From: a virus
Lineage: Duplodnaviria; Caudoviricetes
Reading direction: 5' to 3' (one strand)
Virus record (IMG/VR): IMGVR_UViG_3300014866_000001
Location: 4,377-68,376 of that record
Length of the DNA: 64,000 bases
The position numbers and the translations under genes are program-made. The first letter of the stretch is position 1. The number at the start of each line of letters is the position of its first letter. Below, one piece after another: positions 16,110 through 25,173 of this stretch. A model generated the notes under the pieces. It did no database searches. It worked only from the letters and a program-made list of their open reading frames with translations, and had not been told where the DNA came from.

Positions 16110-18794
16110 TTACAAAGTGTATTCCTCAACTTCGATCACCAACGGTTTCTCCGCGATTGTCTTTAGGTAGGCGTTCGCCTGTTGCTGAGCCTTCATTTGT
16201 TCGCTGACAGCCGGGATAATCACCGGAGCAACACTTTTCGGTGTCGCAGTCGTAGGCACGCTCACGGCACCAATTGGTGCGGACACTACCGGCAATACCG
16301 GACCTCCACCAGCGATTGGAGAACCTGACCGTCTTTGTGGCGTAATTGCCGCTCGTTCAGCACTCGCAATGGCATCAGCCGCTTCTCGACTACCGGCTTT
16401 CATGACACTGGATGTCGCCGTGAGCGTCTCGTGGATTTGTTCCCTGAGTGCCAATTCCTTTTGCAGCGTGTCGATGATGGATAACTGCGCGGCGTCCACG
16501 CCTGCCACAGCCAGGTCATCGAGTCGCTTTTCTTCGGCTGTCATGCCGGATTGTCGAATCTGCTTCTCAAGATCCTTGACGGTATCGGCAGACTTCTTAT
16601 TGGCTTCGGCAAGTGATGATGCCGCTTCTGCTCGGTCGAGTAGCGATTTGGCAGCGTCACGCGCGGCTGGGTCGATAACGGTCTTGTCGATCTCTCGCTC
16701 TTGTTTCTGGCGGCCCGTCATGCCAGCCGTTTCTGCTCGTTCCGTCAGCCGTTCAACAAGAGACTTGGACGCCTCGACGCGGCGTTCTTCTTCCTCCCGA
16801 GCCTTCTTCTCCGCGTCGGTCTTTTTCTTTAACGCCTCGGCAGCCGCTTTCATCTCGGCTTCATGTTGTCGCTCCAGTTCCAATCGTTGGCCGAGTGCCT
16901 GCCGTGCCTCACCATTGACGCGACCGTTGTTTGCCAGTTCGCTGTTGTAAATCGCAATGGCATCCGACGACATGCCGAAGGTGTCAACCTGTAGCTGAAG
17001 ACGTTCTGTCAACTGCTGTGCATCCTCGGCAGCTTTCTGCGCAGCGTCTTCTTCCTTTCGTTTATCCTCCGATGATTCAGCAGTCGCGCGCTGTTCTCCT
17101 GATAGTGAATGGCCAAAGAACTTTTCAGCTTCGGCTACCGACACTCTGGTTTGTGCCTGCTGTTCTAGTCGACGCTGTTCGCCGATATCCGATACTTGAC
17201 CGCTGATTACGCCAACAGCCCTTGCCATAAGCATTAGTTTTGGGTTGGCACTTTCGATTGCCTGCGCCCAACTCATGATCAGGCTCGGAACGCCAGTAGC
17301 AATGATCGTGAATCCGTGCACATAGTCAGTGGCTTCACGCATCACGCCGACAAATTCCTGGTTCTTGGAAGCATCTAAGAGTAGATCGGTAGCGGCACTG
17401 GCTGCGTCTGTGAGTGCTGGTGCTAGGTCCGCCGCTACTCGCTTCCAAATGGCGTCGAAAGCGAATTGCAGCTCCTTGGTCGCTTTGCTCAACTCACCCA
17501 AGTTGCTCTTGTCCAGTTCCGTGAGCCGTCCTCTGGTGTCACCCAGGATTTGATTGGCTCGCATCAGGTCGGATACGTTCAGACGCAGGAAGTCCGTATC
17601 GCCAAAGATGCCGGTGGCTGCGCGAACGCGATCCGACGCATCGGTGAGGTTACCCAGACCTTCGGTCACCTGTCGCAGGATCTCGTCGGGCTGCTGATCT
17701 TTCAGACGCTTAGCGTCTACGTTGATCAGATCGAACGCTTCCAATGCCTTTGGCTTGCCTGCTGCTGCCTTCGAGATATTCGACAGCATCGTCTCGTAGC
17801 CCTTCGAAAACTCATCAACCGACATATCAGCGATGTCGGCTGAATGTGCCATCGCCTGGAACTGACCAACAGGAATGCTTAACTGTTGAGACCTGTTGAC
17901 AAGTTCGCTCATCGCCTTGTACTGCTCTTTGATCTTCGCCGTGGCGAAGTCGAGCGCTGAGTCAGCCACCTTCAGAATTGCCGCCCAGCCAGCCATGCCA
18001 GCGATGATCGGCAGGATAGCGGGATTGACTCCCGCCACGGTCGCCGCAAAACGACCGATAATCGGGATGCCGGTAAGTTGCGCCGCGGTAAGTTGAATCT
18101 GGGCATTACGGTATGAATCAATTCCTACGCGACCAGCCAGGTGATGTTCTTTGATTTCCGCCAACTCTTTTTTAGCTCGCACTGACACTGGCAGCCATTG
18201 CTCTTGCAACATCTTTCCTCTGGCAATGGCCTCGGCTCGATCCTTTTCGGCTTGAATTTCACCTGGCGATGCGCGAACAACCTCTGCCGTCACGACTTGA
18301 TTCTGTTTGTCTCGTGCTGCCGCAAGTGCCTTTTCTTTTTCAACCAACGAGGGGAGTGATTGGTCTAGTTTGACGATCTTACTTTGGTACTCGTCCAGCG
18401 TGATAATGTCGGCTTCCCACTGTGCTCTAAGAGCATCACGCGCAATAGCAATGGTTCGCTCTTTGTCAGCCAGAATGTCCTCGGCACTCATAAGACTACG
18501 AGTAGCCGATTCCACCTCTCGCATCCCAGCAGCGACCGCTTGCTCTAGCGCTACGTTCTGCGGGAATTCTGCCCGCAACTGGCGATTTGCCTCTGTGTAC
18601 TGCGTGAGAGTAATCAGCTTCTTGTTGAGTTGAGTTTGCAGAACATCCAGTGCTGACCCATACCGATCAATTACAGGTACGGTTGCTTCGATGATCTGTT
18701 TCTGCAGTGTAATCTCTCGGCGCGTGGCAACGACATCCCCTCGCGCCGCGCTGGTGTCGATCACCATCTTGTAAATGCTGCTACCGAGTGCCAC
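16110..18794 (-). CDS. Tail tape measure protein
   Basis: 894-aa Ala/Glu-rich helical protein with hydrophobic segments, after the tail chaperones. Confidence 0.85.
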   Translation of the reverse strand: MALGSSIYKMVIDTSAARGDVVATRREITLQKQIIEATVPVIDRYGSALDVLQTQLNKKLITLTQYTEANRQLRAEFPQNVALEQAVAAGMREVESATRSLMSAEDILADKERTIAIARDALRAQWEADIITLDEYQSKIVKLDQSLPSLVEKEKALAAARDKQNQVVTAEVVRASPGEIQAEKDRAEAIARGKMLQEQWLPVSVRAKKELAEIKEHHLAGRVGIDSYRNAQIQLTAAQLTGIPIIGRFAATVAGVNPAILPIIAGMAGWAAILKVADSALDFATAKIKEQYKAMSELVNRSQQLSIPVGQFQAMAHSADIADMSVDEFSKGYETMLSNISKAAAGKPKALEAFDLINVDAKRLKDQQPDEILRQVTEGLGNLTDASDRVRAATGIFGDTDFLRLNVSDLMRANQILGDTRGRLTELDKSNLGELSKATKELQFAFDAIWKRVAADLAPALTDAASAATDLLLDASKNQEFVGVMREATDYVHGFTIIATGVPSLIMSWAQAIESANPKLMLMARAVGVISGQVSDIGEQRRLEQQAQTRVSVAEAEKFFGHSLSGEQRATAESSEDKRKEEDAAQKAAEDAQQLTERLQLQVDTFGMSSDAIAIYNSELANNGRVNGEARQALGQRLELERQHEAEMKAAAEALKKKTDAEKKAREEEERRVEASKSLVERLTERAETAGMTGRQKQEREIDKTVIDPAARDAAKSLLDRAEAASSLAEANKKSADTVKDLEKQIRQSGMTAEEKRLDDLAVAGVDAAQLSIIDTLQKELALREQIHETLTATSSVMKAGSREAADAIASAERAAITPQRRSGSPIAGGGPVLPVVSAPIGAVSVPTTATPKSVAPVIIPAVSEQMKAQQQANAYLKTIAEKPLVIEVEEYTL

Positions 18795-18797
18795 GGA

Positions 18798-19109
18798 TTA
18801 TCTCGTATACGTTAAGTCGTTCGCGAACAAAATCTTCCACGTCCACTTCGCTCTGTAGATAGCGGTTACTTTGTCGTAGTCCGCAAGTTCTGCGGCTGTC
18901 CAAATGTGGCGGGTGAGGTTCTCCAGTCGTGCAATAACCGGCTCTGTGGCTAAGATAATTTGCTTTTGCCGCGCAATCTCTCGGCGCGTGCTCATCAGCC
19001 GCGCCTTATGAACCAAGGAACTCTCTGATCTCTCTGATCTCGCAAACACCTTCATCGGGAAAGCGGCAATCGCTGCCAGTGCCGCTAGGAAAATACGTCG
19101 TGATGTCAT
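18798..19109 (-). CDS. Tat-signal small protein containing a copy of a tape-measure N-terminal segment
   Basis: SRRIFL twin-Arg signal; 16/21 aa identical to TMP TRREI..QKQII.AT.PVI.R. Confidence 0.6.
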   Translation of the reverse strand: MTSRRIFLAALAAIAAFPMKVFARSERSESSLVHKARLMSTRREIARQKQIILATEPVIARLENLTRHIWTAAELADYDKVTAIYRAKWTWKILFANDLTYTR

Positions 19110-19111
19110 AA

Positions 19112-19821
19112 TCAGAATCCCAATCCTCTCATCATCTCATCCCACGGTTGAATTCTCGGTCGTGTCGGTGTTCGTCCACGGTTCGGCATAAACCGTTCCT
19201 CGTCTCGATAGTGATCATCCTTCACGTGCTCGTTTCCGCTGAGTCGCAATGCGTTTAATTGTGCAGAGTGCAGGTTGCTGCAGATCCGACCGACCAACCG
19301 CTCCATTTCCTCTAGGTCCAATTCCTGAGTGGCGTAAAGTTTGTCCAGGTGCTCGTCGTCGTACCTCGCCAGGATGTCTGCCAGCGTCAGGCCGCTGCTG
19401 ACGCCTCTATCGACGAGCCTCCAGAGGAACCGTTCCCAGGAGTCGCCCCGGAGTTTTTTAGTGCGGCCTCCACGTCCTTTCGTTCCACGTACAGCCCGAT
19501 ATGAGCGGCAGCCACCTCCGCCAGTTTGATCGCGTCATTGGTGTCCCACAGGTCGAAGATGCCGTTCAACGCTTCCTGAACCGTGTAGACAGTGGCACCG
19601 GTCTCATCGACTATGCACATTGCCAGCAGCACGTCGTTGCTGTACTCGTGCTTCTTTGGTTCAATTGTGCCGTCTTTCTTCTGGGTCGCTTGCCGCCATT
19701 CCCGCTGCTCGGTCCGCGTAAGCGATTGCAGGCGAATGTCCGAACCGTCCGCCAGAGTCACGATGCAATATCGACGTGACACCTTCACGCCTCGGGCTCG
19801 GATTTCTTCCTTGGTTAGCAT
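19112..19821 (-). CDS. Tail assembly chaperones G and GT via a -1 frameshift
   Basis: G = 19387..19821; slippery A AAA AAC at 19459-19453; the -1 frame is open into ORF 19112..19321. Confidence 0.8.
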
Positions 19822-20096
19822 CTCCCCACTTCCTTTCTGAGTTCTGGAAAATCACAAACGCCGATGACTGTAAACGTCAGCCACGGCATGTTTCGTTTAT
19901 GCGCCTCGACTAACGCTCGACATTGCGTCGTTCCATCCGAGAACTCTTCCAGCAGTTCACAGGTTCCCGTGTACGTCAGTGGTCGCTTGGAACCGAACCA
20001 CTGACGCGCGGTGCATGGGTTGCCAGTCCTGCAGCATTCGCCACAGCGGTTGCACGTCAGCGGTTGGTTCAGCACTGGTAGCATCAATAAAAACAC
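19815..20096 (-). CDS. CxxCxxCC (YkgJ-like) cysteine-cluster protein
   Basis: CNRCGECC...C...C...C. Confidence 0.55.
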   Translation of the reverse strand: MFLLMLPVLNQPLTCNRCGECCRTGNPCTARQWFGSKRPLTYTGTCELLEEFSDGTTQCRALVEAHKRNMPWLTFTVIGVCDFPELRKEVGRC

Positions 20097-20208
20097 CGGG
20101 CCGCGAGCCGGCTAAGCCGGACCGCTCAGTGGGGACGAAGCGGCTGGGATTGCTCCCATACGACTTAGCCGGCACACGACCCGGCGTGCAGTCCCCACTG
20201 CGTAACGT

Positions 20209-20580
20209 TTACGACTCGGAGGGTTCCTCCTGTGCTTCATCCGCCTCGGCTTGCAATTGCCAAAGTGGTGGCGGGAGTGCAGTGTGCGGCAATGGATTGG
20301 CGTTCCCGTGGATTTGCTTTGCCTCTGACTCAATCAACTGTTTATGCGCTTCCACGAAGTTCTCGAACTCGCCAATCGGACTGAACTGCGCCCCGGCTTG
20401 CGTGCCGATCCAGCCGACCTGCAGCCTGCACGCTGGATTTCTGTAAGCCAGTCCTTGGCTGTAGACGAATACCCTGTACTGGTTGTAGTCGATCCACCCA
20501 GGAATCGCGGCGGTTGGATCCCAGTCGCGGTGCCGTTCGAGCTTCACTTTCATCGGATCGGAAAGTAGTACTTGCGACAT
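20209..20580 (-). CDS. Phage hypothetical protein
   Basis: MSQVLL start within ORF 20209..20652. Confidence 0.55.
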   Translation of the reverse strand: MSQVLLSDPMKVKLERHRDWDPTAAIPGWIDYNQYRVFVYSQGLAYRNPACRLQVGWIGTQAGAQFSPIGEFENFVEAHKQLIESEAKQIHGNANPLPHTALPPPLWQLQAEADEAQEEPSES

Positions 20581-20609
20581 AACGTGATGTTCCCCACTTT
20601 GAAAACGAA

Positions 20610-21035
20610 TTACGAGGAGACGGTGCGCGTCGGGCCTGTCTCGCCATCCCACTTAAACTTGAATGTCTTCAACTGCAATGCTTCGGTCTCGGCGCTGTAA
20701 CCAGGCAGCATCATCACGCTGAATGCGAACGCAGTCCCGGTGACGCTTTCCGGCACGCTGGCACCGCTCGCGGTCGGACCAGTGATCGTGATCGCCTGAA
20801 CGACTTTGGTCGGATTCGCAAGCCCAGGGCTGTTTTGGTAAACGACGGTATGTTCCTCGAAGTCTTCCAACTCAGCCGGTAGCCAAGTTTCCTTGACCGT
20901 GTTGGCGAGATAGGTCTTGCGAAGGATCTTGACCGATCCAACCACTGGAGTGATCGAGATGATTCGTAACGTCAAGCCGTCCGTGCCTAGCGTCAGCGTT
21001 GCATTTTGTTGTGTATCGAATGTGGCTAATGCCAT
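20610..21035 (-). CDS. Major tail (tube) protein
   Basis: 141-aa beta-rich protein between the terminator and chaperone genes. Confidence 0.65.
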   Translation of the reverse strand: MALATFDTQQNATLTLGTDGLTLRIISITPVVGSVKILRKTYLANTVKETWLPAELEDFEEHTVVYQNSPGLANPTKVVQAITITGPTASGASVPESVTGTAFAFSVMMLPGYSAETEALQLKTFKFKWDGETGPTRTVSS

Positions 21036-21051
21036 GTCGTCGTGCTCCTAG

Positions 21052-21510
21052 TTAAGTTCCGCCGCTTTCGCTGTGCATGATTCGCAAAACAACGCGGGTC
21101 CAGTATTTTGATTTGGCGCTTCCGTCAGTCGGTTTGTCGTAGCCATCGTCTGGCGGGTCATCGACGAACACCGAATTGACGTAGATGTTTCCGCTGTACA
21201 GGTTTCTGGCCATGCTGTTTTGTGTGGTGACTTTGACGGCTTCTGCGAGCGCATCAGCGTCGGCTCGCGTATCGCCCCAGCAGTAAACGTGGACGATGCT
21301 GAGACGCCCTCCAGTGCAACCAGTGAGGTGTCTGAAAACGTTTCCGCCAGGACCGCGCGTGTAGACGACGAATTGGCCGGTTGTCCATAGTTCGCTCGCA
21401 ACATCGGGAGCGATTTTGGCGTTGATCCCGGAACCGACTCGCGACGTGATCGCGACTTGCGATTTCCAGAACACAACCAGTCCACCAGTCTTTTCATCAA
21501 ACAGTCCCAC
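21052..21510 (-). CDS. Tail terminator/completion protein (DUF3168-like)
   Basis: VHVYCWG.TRADADALAEAVK motif and synteny. Confidence 0.7.
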   Translation of the reverse strand: MGLFDEKTGGLVVFWKSQVAITSRVGSGINAKIAPDVASELWTTGQFVVYTRGPGGNVFRHLTGCTGGRLSIVHVYCWGDTRADADALAEAVKVTTQNSMARNLYSGNIYVNSVFVDDPPDDGYDKPTDGSAKSKYWTRVVLRIMHSESGGT

Positions 21511-21522
21511 ACGTCATATTTC

Positions 21523-21927
21523 CTAAAGTGCCACGCCAGTGTTCACGATCGACAACACGAGATTCGATGTGGTCGAGCCGTAGCCAATGAGTGACACCCA
21601 CTCCGGTGACGCCAGATCAGCCACAGGGCAAATGCCGCCGTCCTCGCCCAAGTAATAAAAGACGCCGGCAGTGAGGATGGCCCCCATACCTAGACTGCCT
21701 CCAATAATCAGACGGAGAGGTTGACCAGCCAATGCAGCGTGCAGCGAGATGCCTTTGACAGTCGCCGTGGCAGAAGATGTGTCGTTGTCCGCGATCTTGA
21801 TCGTCAGCGCGGCGGCGTCGAGGTAGCACGCCAAGCCAGCGGTAGTGGTCGCACCAGCCGTACCGTCAAAAGGTGTGAACCCAGACACCGGGATGATGGC
21901 TGAATCCGTGATCGTCAGGTCGGGCAT
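21523..21927 (-). CDS. Virion structural/decoration protein
   Basis: Gly/Ala/Thr-rich, 134 aa, among head-tail genes. Confidence 0.55.
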   Translation of the reverse strand: MPDLTITDSAIIPVSGFTPFDGTAGATTTAGLACYLDAAALTIKIADNDTSSATATVKGISLHAALAGQPLRLIIGGSLGMGAILTAGVFYYLGEDGGICPVADLASPEWVSLIGYGSTTSNLVLSIVNTGVAL

Positions 21928-21930
21928 TGC

Positions 21931-22449
21931 CTATTCCTTTGATTCAAATGCTTCTCGGAAGCCGTCGTCAATCGCGTCCTTCTGAGCTGGCTTGGTCGCC
22001 TCAGCGGCGTGCTGTAAATAAAATCGCCCTTTGACTCGACCGACTACATGACCAGTCCCGCGAAACCCGCTGGCTGCCTTGCGCGGCGTCTTGCGACCGG
22101 TGCCTGGAGCCGGTGCAGTCCCACCGATAACCATGTCATGGCCGAGTTCGACGAGGTGAAAATGCTGACCGCCAGCCTCGACCTTCGCGCCGACAATGAC
22201 GACGATGAATCGGCCGTCCTGGTAGGACAAAACGCGAGTCGCAGTGTGGTCCCGTAACGATTGCGTTTCGTCGCTGTCACCTGGATAGCCAGGCTTCGGC
22301 AGGTTTTGGTTCAATCGTTCTTTGACCACGTTTCCAGCTTCGCGCGCTCCGCGTTTCACTGCAGCCGTCCGACCAACGTGCAACAGGCGATCCAACTCGC
22401 TGTCGAGCTGACCGAAACTAGCAACGTTTGTGGTTAGGCTTGCGCTCAT
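21931..22449 (-). CDS. HK97 gp10-like neck protein
   Basis: HFHLVELGH...GRFYLQHA motifs and synteny. Confidence 0.7.
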   Translation of the reverse strand: MSASLTTNVASFGQLDSELDRLLHVGRTAAVKRGAREAGNVVKERLNQNLPKPGYPGDSDETQSLRDHTATRVLSYQDGRFIVVIVGAKVEAGGQHFHLVELGHDMVIGGTAPAPGTGRKTPRKAASGFRGTGHVVGRVKGRFYLQHAAEATKPAQKDAIDDGFREAFESKE

Positions 22450-22805
22450 GTCGCTGCCAACTCTTTACAACGCAACTCGTACATCGGAGCCGCGCCTGTT
22501 TTCCTGATGATGTTCGCAAACTCGATATTCAATATCCGGTCCTTATAAATCCCGTTCGTGATCTTCAATCGCATCGTCGACACCACTCCAGGAAAGTACC
22601 GACACTGGAATACGTGCGTGATCGTTGGTTCTATCTTTCGTCCTCGAAACTCTTCGTCGCCGCCGGTTGAGATAATCAACCCAGGGATGTTTGTCTTAAA
22701 AGGTGGTCCGCTAAAGTTCTCTTGGTTGTCACCATCCGCTCGGATGTCCTGCTGGATATCACATCGATCTGGGAAGTGAGTTTGTTGGCAATATTTGTCA
22801 GGCAT
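22446..22805 (-). CDS. Head closure protein (SPP1 gp16-like)
   Basis: THVFQCRY.PGV.STMRL...RILNI motif. Confidence 0.75.
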   Translation of the reverse strand: MPDKYCQQTHFPDRCDIQQDIRADGDNQENFSGPPFKTNIPGLIISTGGDEEFRGRKIEPTITHVFQCRYFPGVVSTMRLKITNGIYKDRILNIEFANIIRKTGAAPMYELRCKELAAT

Positions 22806-23394
22806 ACTCCAGCGTCCTGCCCTCGATGGCGAGCATGTTTTCAAGTTTTCCTAGCATGTCGTCATCGACACACCCCAACTGATCGCGGTTCTGATACCAA
22901 TGCGTGCAAAGAACCGTGATCGCACGTCGGTATATACTGGGTACGCTTTTCGGCGTCGTCCCATATCCGGCAACGTAGGTAATCGCCACCGAGTTAACCT
23001 TGTGCAGTGAAGTTGGCCAAGTCTGTCCGTAGGCGACTTCCAACCGCCCTTGCGTCCTCGCCGCGTCTAATTCGTAGTAGGTGCTTGCCAGCGTTTGCAC
23101 CGCTTCATTCGTGTCCGTGTACGTGACCGAACTAATCTGCTGGATCGGTCCATAACGCAAACGCACCGGCGAGCACGGCATGTAGTCGCAGTACTGCGCT
23201 CGTGTCTGGGTGATGAGCGACCGCTTAGCCAACTCCTCCACGTACCTCCGCGCCGTCGGGATAAGATCCTCTCGAATAAACTTGTGTTCAGTTTCATCGT
23301 CTATGACGTAGGCGTTCACCTTCACGTCTTCCAAGCCGACCGGCTCGACAGTCGGTTCGATCGTGACCTTGTTGGTTGGAATCGTGAAAGTCAT
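22798..23394 (-). CDS. Head-tail connector (gp6-like)
   Basis: EPVGLEDVK...RSLITQT...YVAGYG...HWYQNR. Confidence 0.8.
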   Translation of the reverse strand: MTFTIPTNKVTIEPTVEPVGLEDVKVNAYVIDDETEHKFIREDLIPTARRYVEELAKRSLITQTRAQYCDYMPCSPVRLRYGPIQQISSVTYTDTNEAVQTLASTYYELDAARTQGRLEVAYGQTWPTSLHKVNSVAITYVAGYGTTPKSVPSIYRRAITVLCTHWYQNRDQLGCVDDDMLGKLENMLAIEGRTLEYA

Positions 23395-23831
23395 GTCAGG
23401 TCGTAATACAGGATGATTTGTCCGGTCTTGGAATTGCCGGCGTTGTTTACTGTTACGGTCAGTTTGTCGCATACCACTGGAAAGGTAGCCATTCGTCCAG
23501 TTCCGGCTGTATCTTCCAGTGGTAGATATGTCTCCAGGGTCGACGTCGTGTGTCGTGCGATCAATGCCGCAATAGCGACATCGTCCATGTGTATGGAGAG
23601 GTCGACGCCTTCCTCGTCCGTCAGCACCACATCCCAGTTTGCATCCGGTGCGGTTGAGCCAGGGTCGGTTATGATTTTGATTAAGCGGCCGACAATTTTT
23701 CGTGTCGTAACCGCCACCGAACCGGTCGTGTCGTCTGTTATAAAATCAATCAACACCTTACGGATGCCGGCGCGAACACCGCTTCCATCCACACCATCGT
23801 CGTATGTGACTGTTGCTGCACTGCCGGCCAC
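23391..23831 (-). CDS. Probable virion protein
   Basis: 146-aa beta-rich ORF after the capsid gene. Confidence 0.55.
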   Translation of the reverse strand: MAGSAATVTYDDGVDGSGVRAGIRKVLIDFITDDTTGSVAVTTRKIVGRLIKIITDPGSTAPDANWDVVLTDEEGVDLSIHMDDVAIAALIARHTTSTLETYLPLEDTAGTGRMATFPVVCDKLTVTVNNAGNSKTGQIILYYDLT

Positions 23832-23834
23832 GAA

Positions 23835-24590
23835 TCACCTCAGTTGAAAAATTCGATAGCCAGCGATATGCATAATCGGATCGTTCGTTCCCGCACTTTG
23901 GCAAACGAACGACGGATAGATCGCGACAATCGGAACGTTCGCGGTCGCGGTATTCGTGCCAGTCAAAACACCGTTGACGTACTGCTCAATCTCAGTCACG
24001 CCATTGACGTAAAAGCCGAGATTAATATACGTGTCCTCTGCAATTATCGCCGCCGCGCGAGTTGCTCCCGCGCCAGCCTTTTCGCCAGTAAAGAGCAGAA
24101 TGCCGTCATCGGTAACGCACTGCCAGCCGATATGATTCGCCGAGCTATTAGCCGATGTGGCGATCAGCGTAGTATCGAGTTCCGATAGCCCGACAAAAAT
24201 TTCCACCTTGTCGTAGGTGTCAACGATTTTGATCCTGAATTCGGCCCAGATGTGCTTGCCTGCGGCCGGGAGAAAACACGCCTTGTTGTGCTGGAGCGTT
24301 GCGCCTTGTGGTGAAGTGCTGCTATTCGAATCCAGTTCAAGAACCCCAGGCGCCGCCGTGCTGATTGCGGCAGCTCCGGTGGTTGCCTGGGTAAGGACGT
24401 AATCGCCAGTGGTTGCGGCGGCGTCGTAAGTATTCCACCGCTCGTCGACCATAAATCCGATCATCGGATCATGGATGTATTCCAGCAACGGACACGTCTT
24501 CCACAAGTTTGCGGAATAGCCTGACTGTAATGTTGGATCGTAATGCGACACTCGGCGAGTGCCGGGGTCGGTATATCCGCGAGTTGGCAT
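23835..24590 (-). CDS. Probable virion protein (beta-sandwich)
   Basis: 251-aa ORF with AGGAG SD. Confidence 0.55.
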   Translation of the reverse strand: MPTRGYTDPGTRRVSHYDPTLQSGYSANLWKTCPLLEYIHDPMIGFMVDERWNTYDAAATTGDYVLTQATTGAAAISTAAPGVLELDSNSSTSPQGATLQHNKACFLPAAGKHIWAEFRIKIVDTYDKVEIFVGLSELDTTLIATSANSSANHIGWQCVTDDGILLFTGEKAGAGATRAAAIIAEDTYINLGFYVNGVTEIEQYVNGVLTGTNTATANVPIVAIYPSFVCQSAGTNDPIMHIAGYRIFQLR

Positions 24591-24651
24591 TGATCGAACT
24601 CCTTGATGACGACGCTTTCGCGCCGGCGAATGGAATCGCTGTCAAAACGAA

Positions 24652-25143
24652 TTACGTCAGGGCCGTGGCCGGCACATCTTGCTGGTATCGTCCACGGTGA
24701 AGAATAATGAGCACTGAACCGACAACAGGATCGTTGACGGCTTCGACGAATTTCATGCACAGATAGTTGTATCCCGTGTCCCCCAACTCCTCGGCTTCGA
24801 CTTCAATGATGTACATGTGGGCCGATCCGGCGGTCGTCGCGAATCCGGTCGTGGCTGCCATCGCGTAAGGGCCTTCAACGTCTGTCGCGGTGATGACTTT
24901 GTAATGAAACGGAATCGCGGTCGAAGCGGTTGGCGGATCGGCGGCATCACTGCCTGCCAGCATCGTGATCGTGGCTGACGCGGTGCCGCCGGTTGCCACG
25001 CCGTTCATCACGACAAATGTGGCTCCGCTGTAGCCCTTCATGTTGACGACGTCGCTGTACTTCGTGCCGTCATTAAAGTCGGCAATCGGGTAAATGCCGG
25101 CGACGAAATGTGCTCGCTGGGAAAGTTGACCGGACATCTTCAA
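24652..25143 (-). CDS. Probable capsid decoration protein
   Basis: Directly downstream of the major capsid gene. Confidence 0.55.
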   Translation of the reverse strand: MKMSGQLSQRAHFVAGIYPIADFNDGTKYSDVVNMKGYSGATFVVMNGVATGGTASATITMLAGSDAADPPTASTAIPFHYKVITATDVEGPYAMAATTGFATTAGSAHMYIIEVEAEELGDTGYNYLCMKFVEAVNDPVVGSVLIILHRGRYQQDVPATALT

Positions 25144-25173
25144 GTCTCCAATGAGTGTTGGTCTGTTTCAAAA

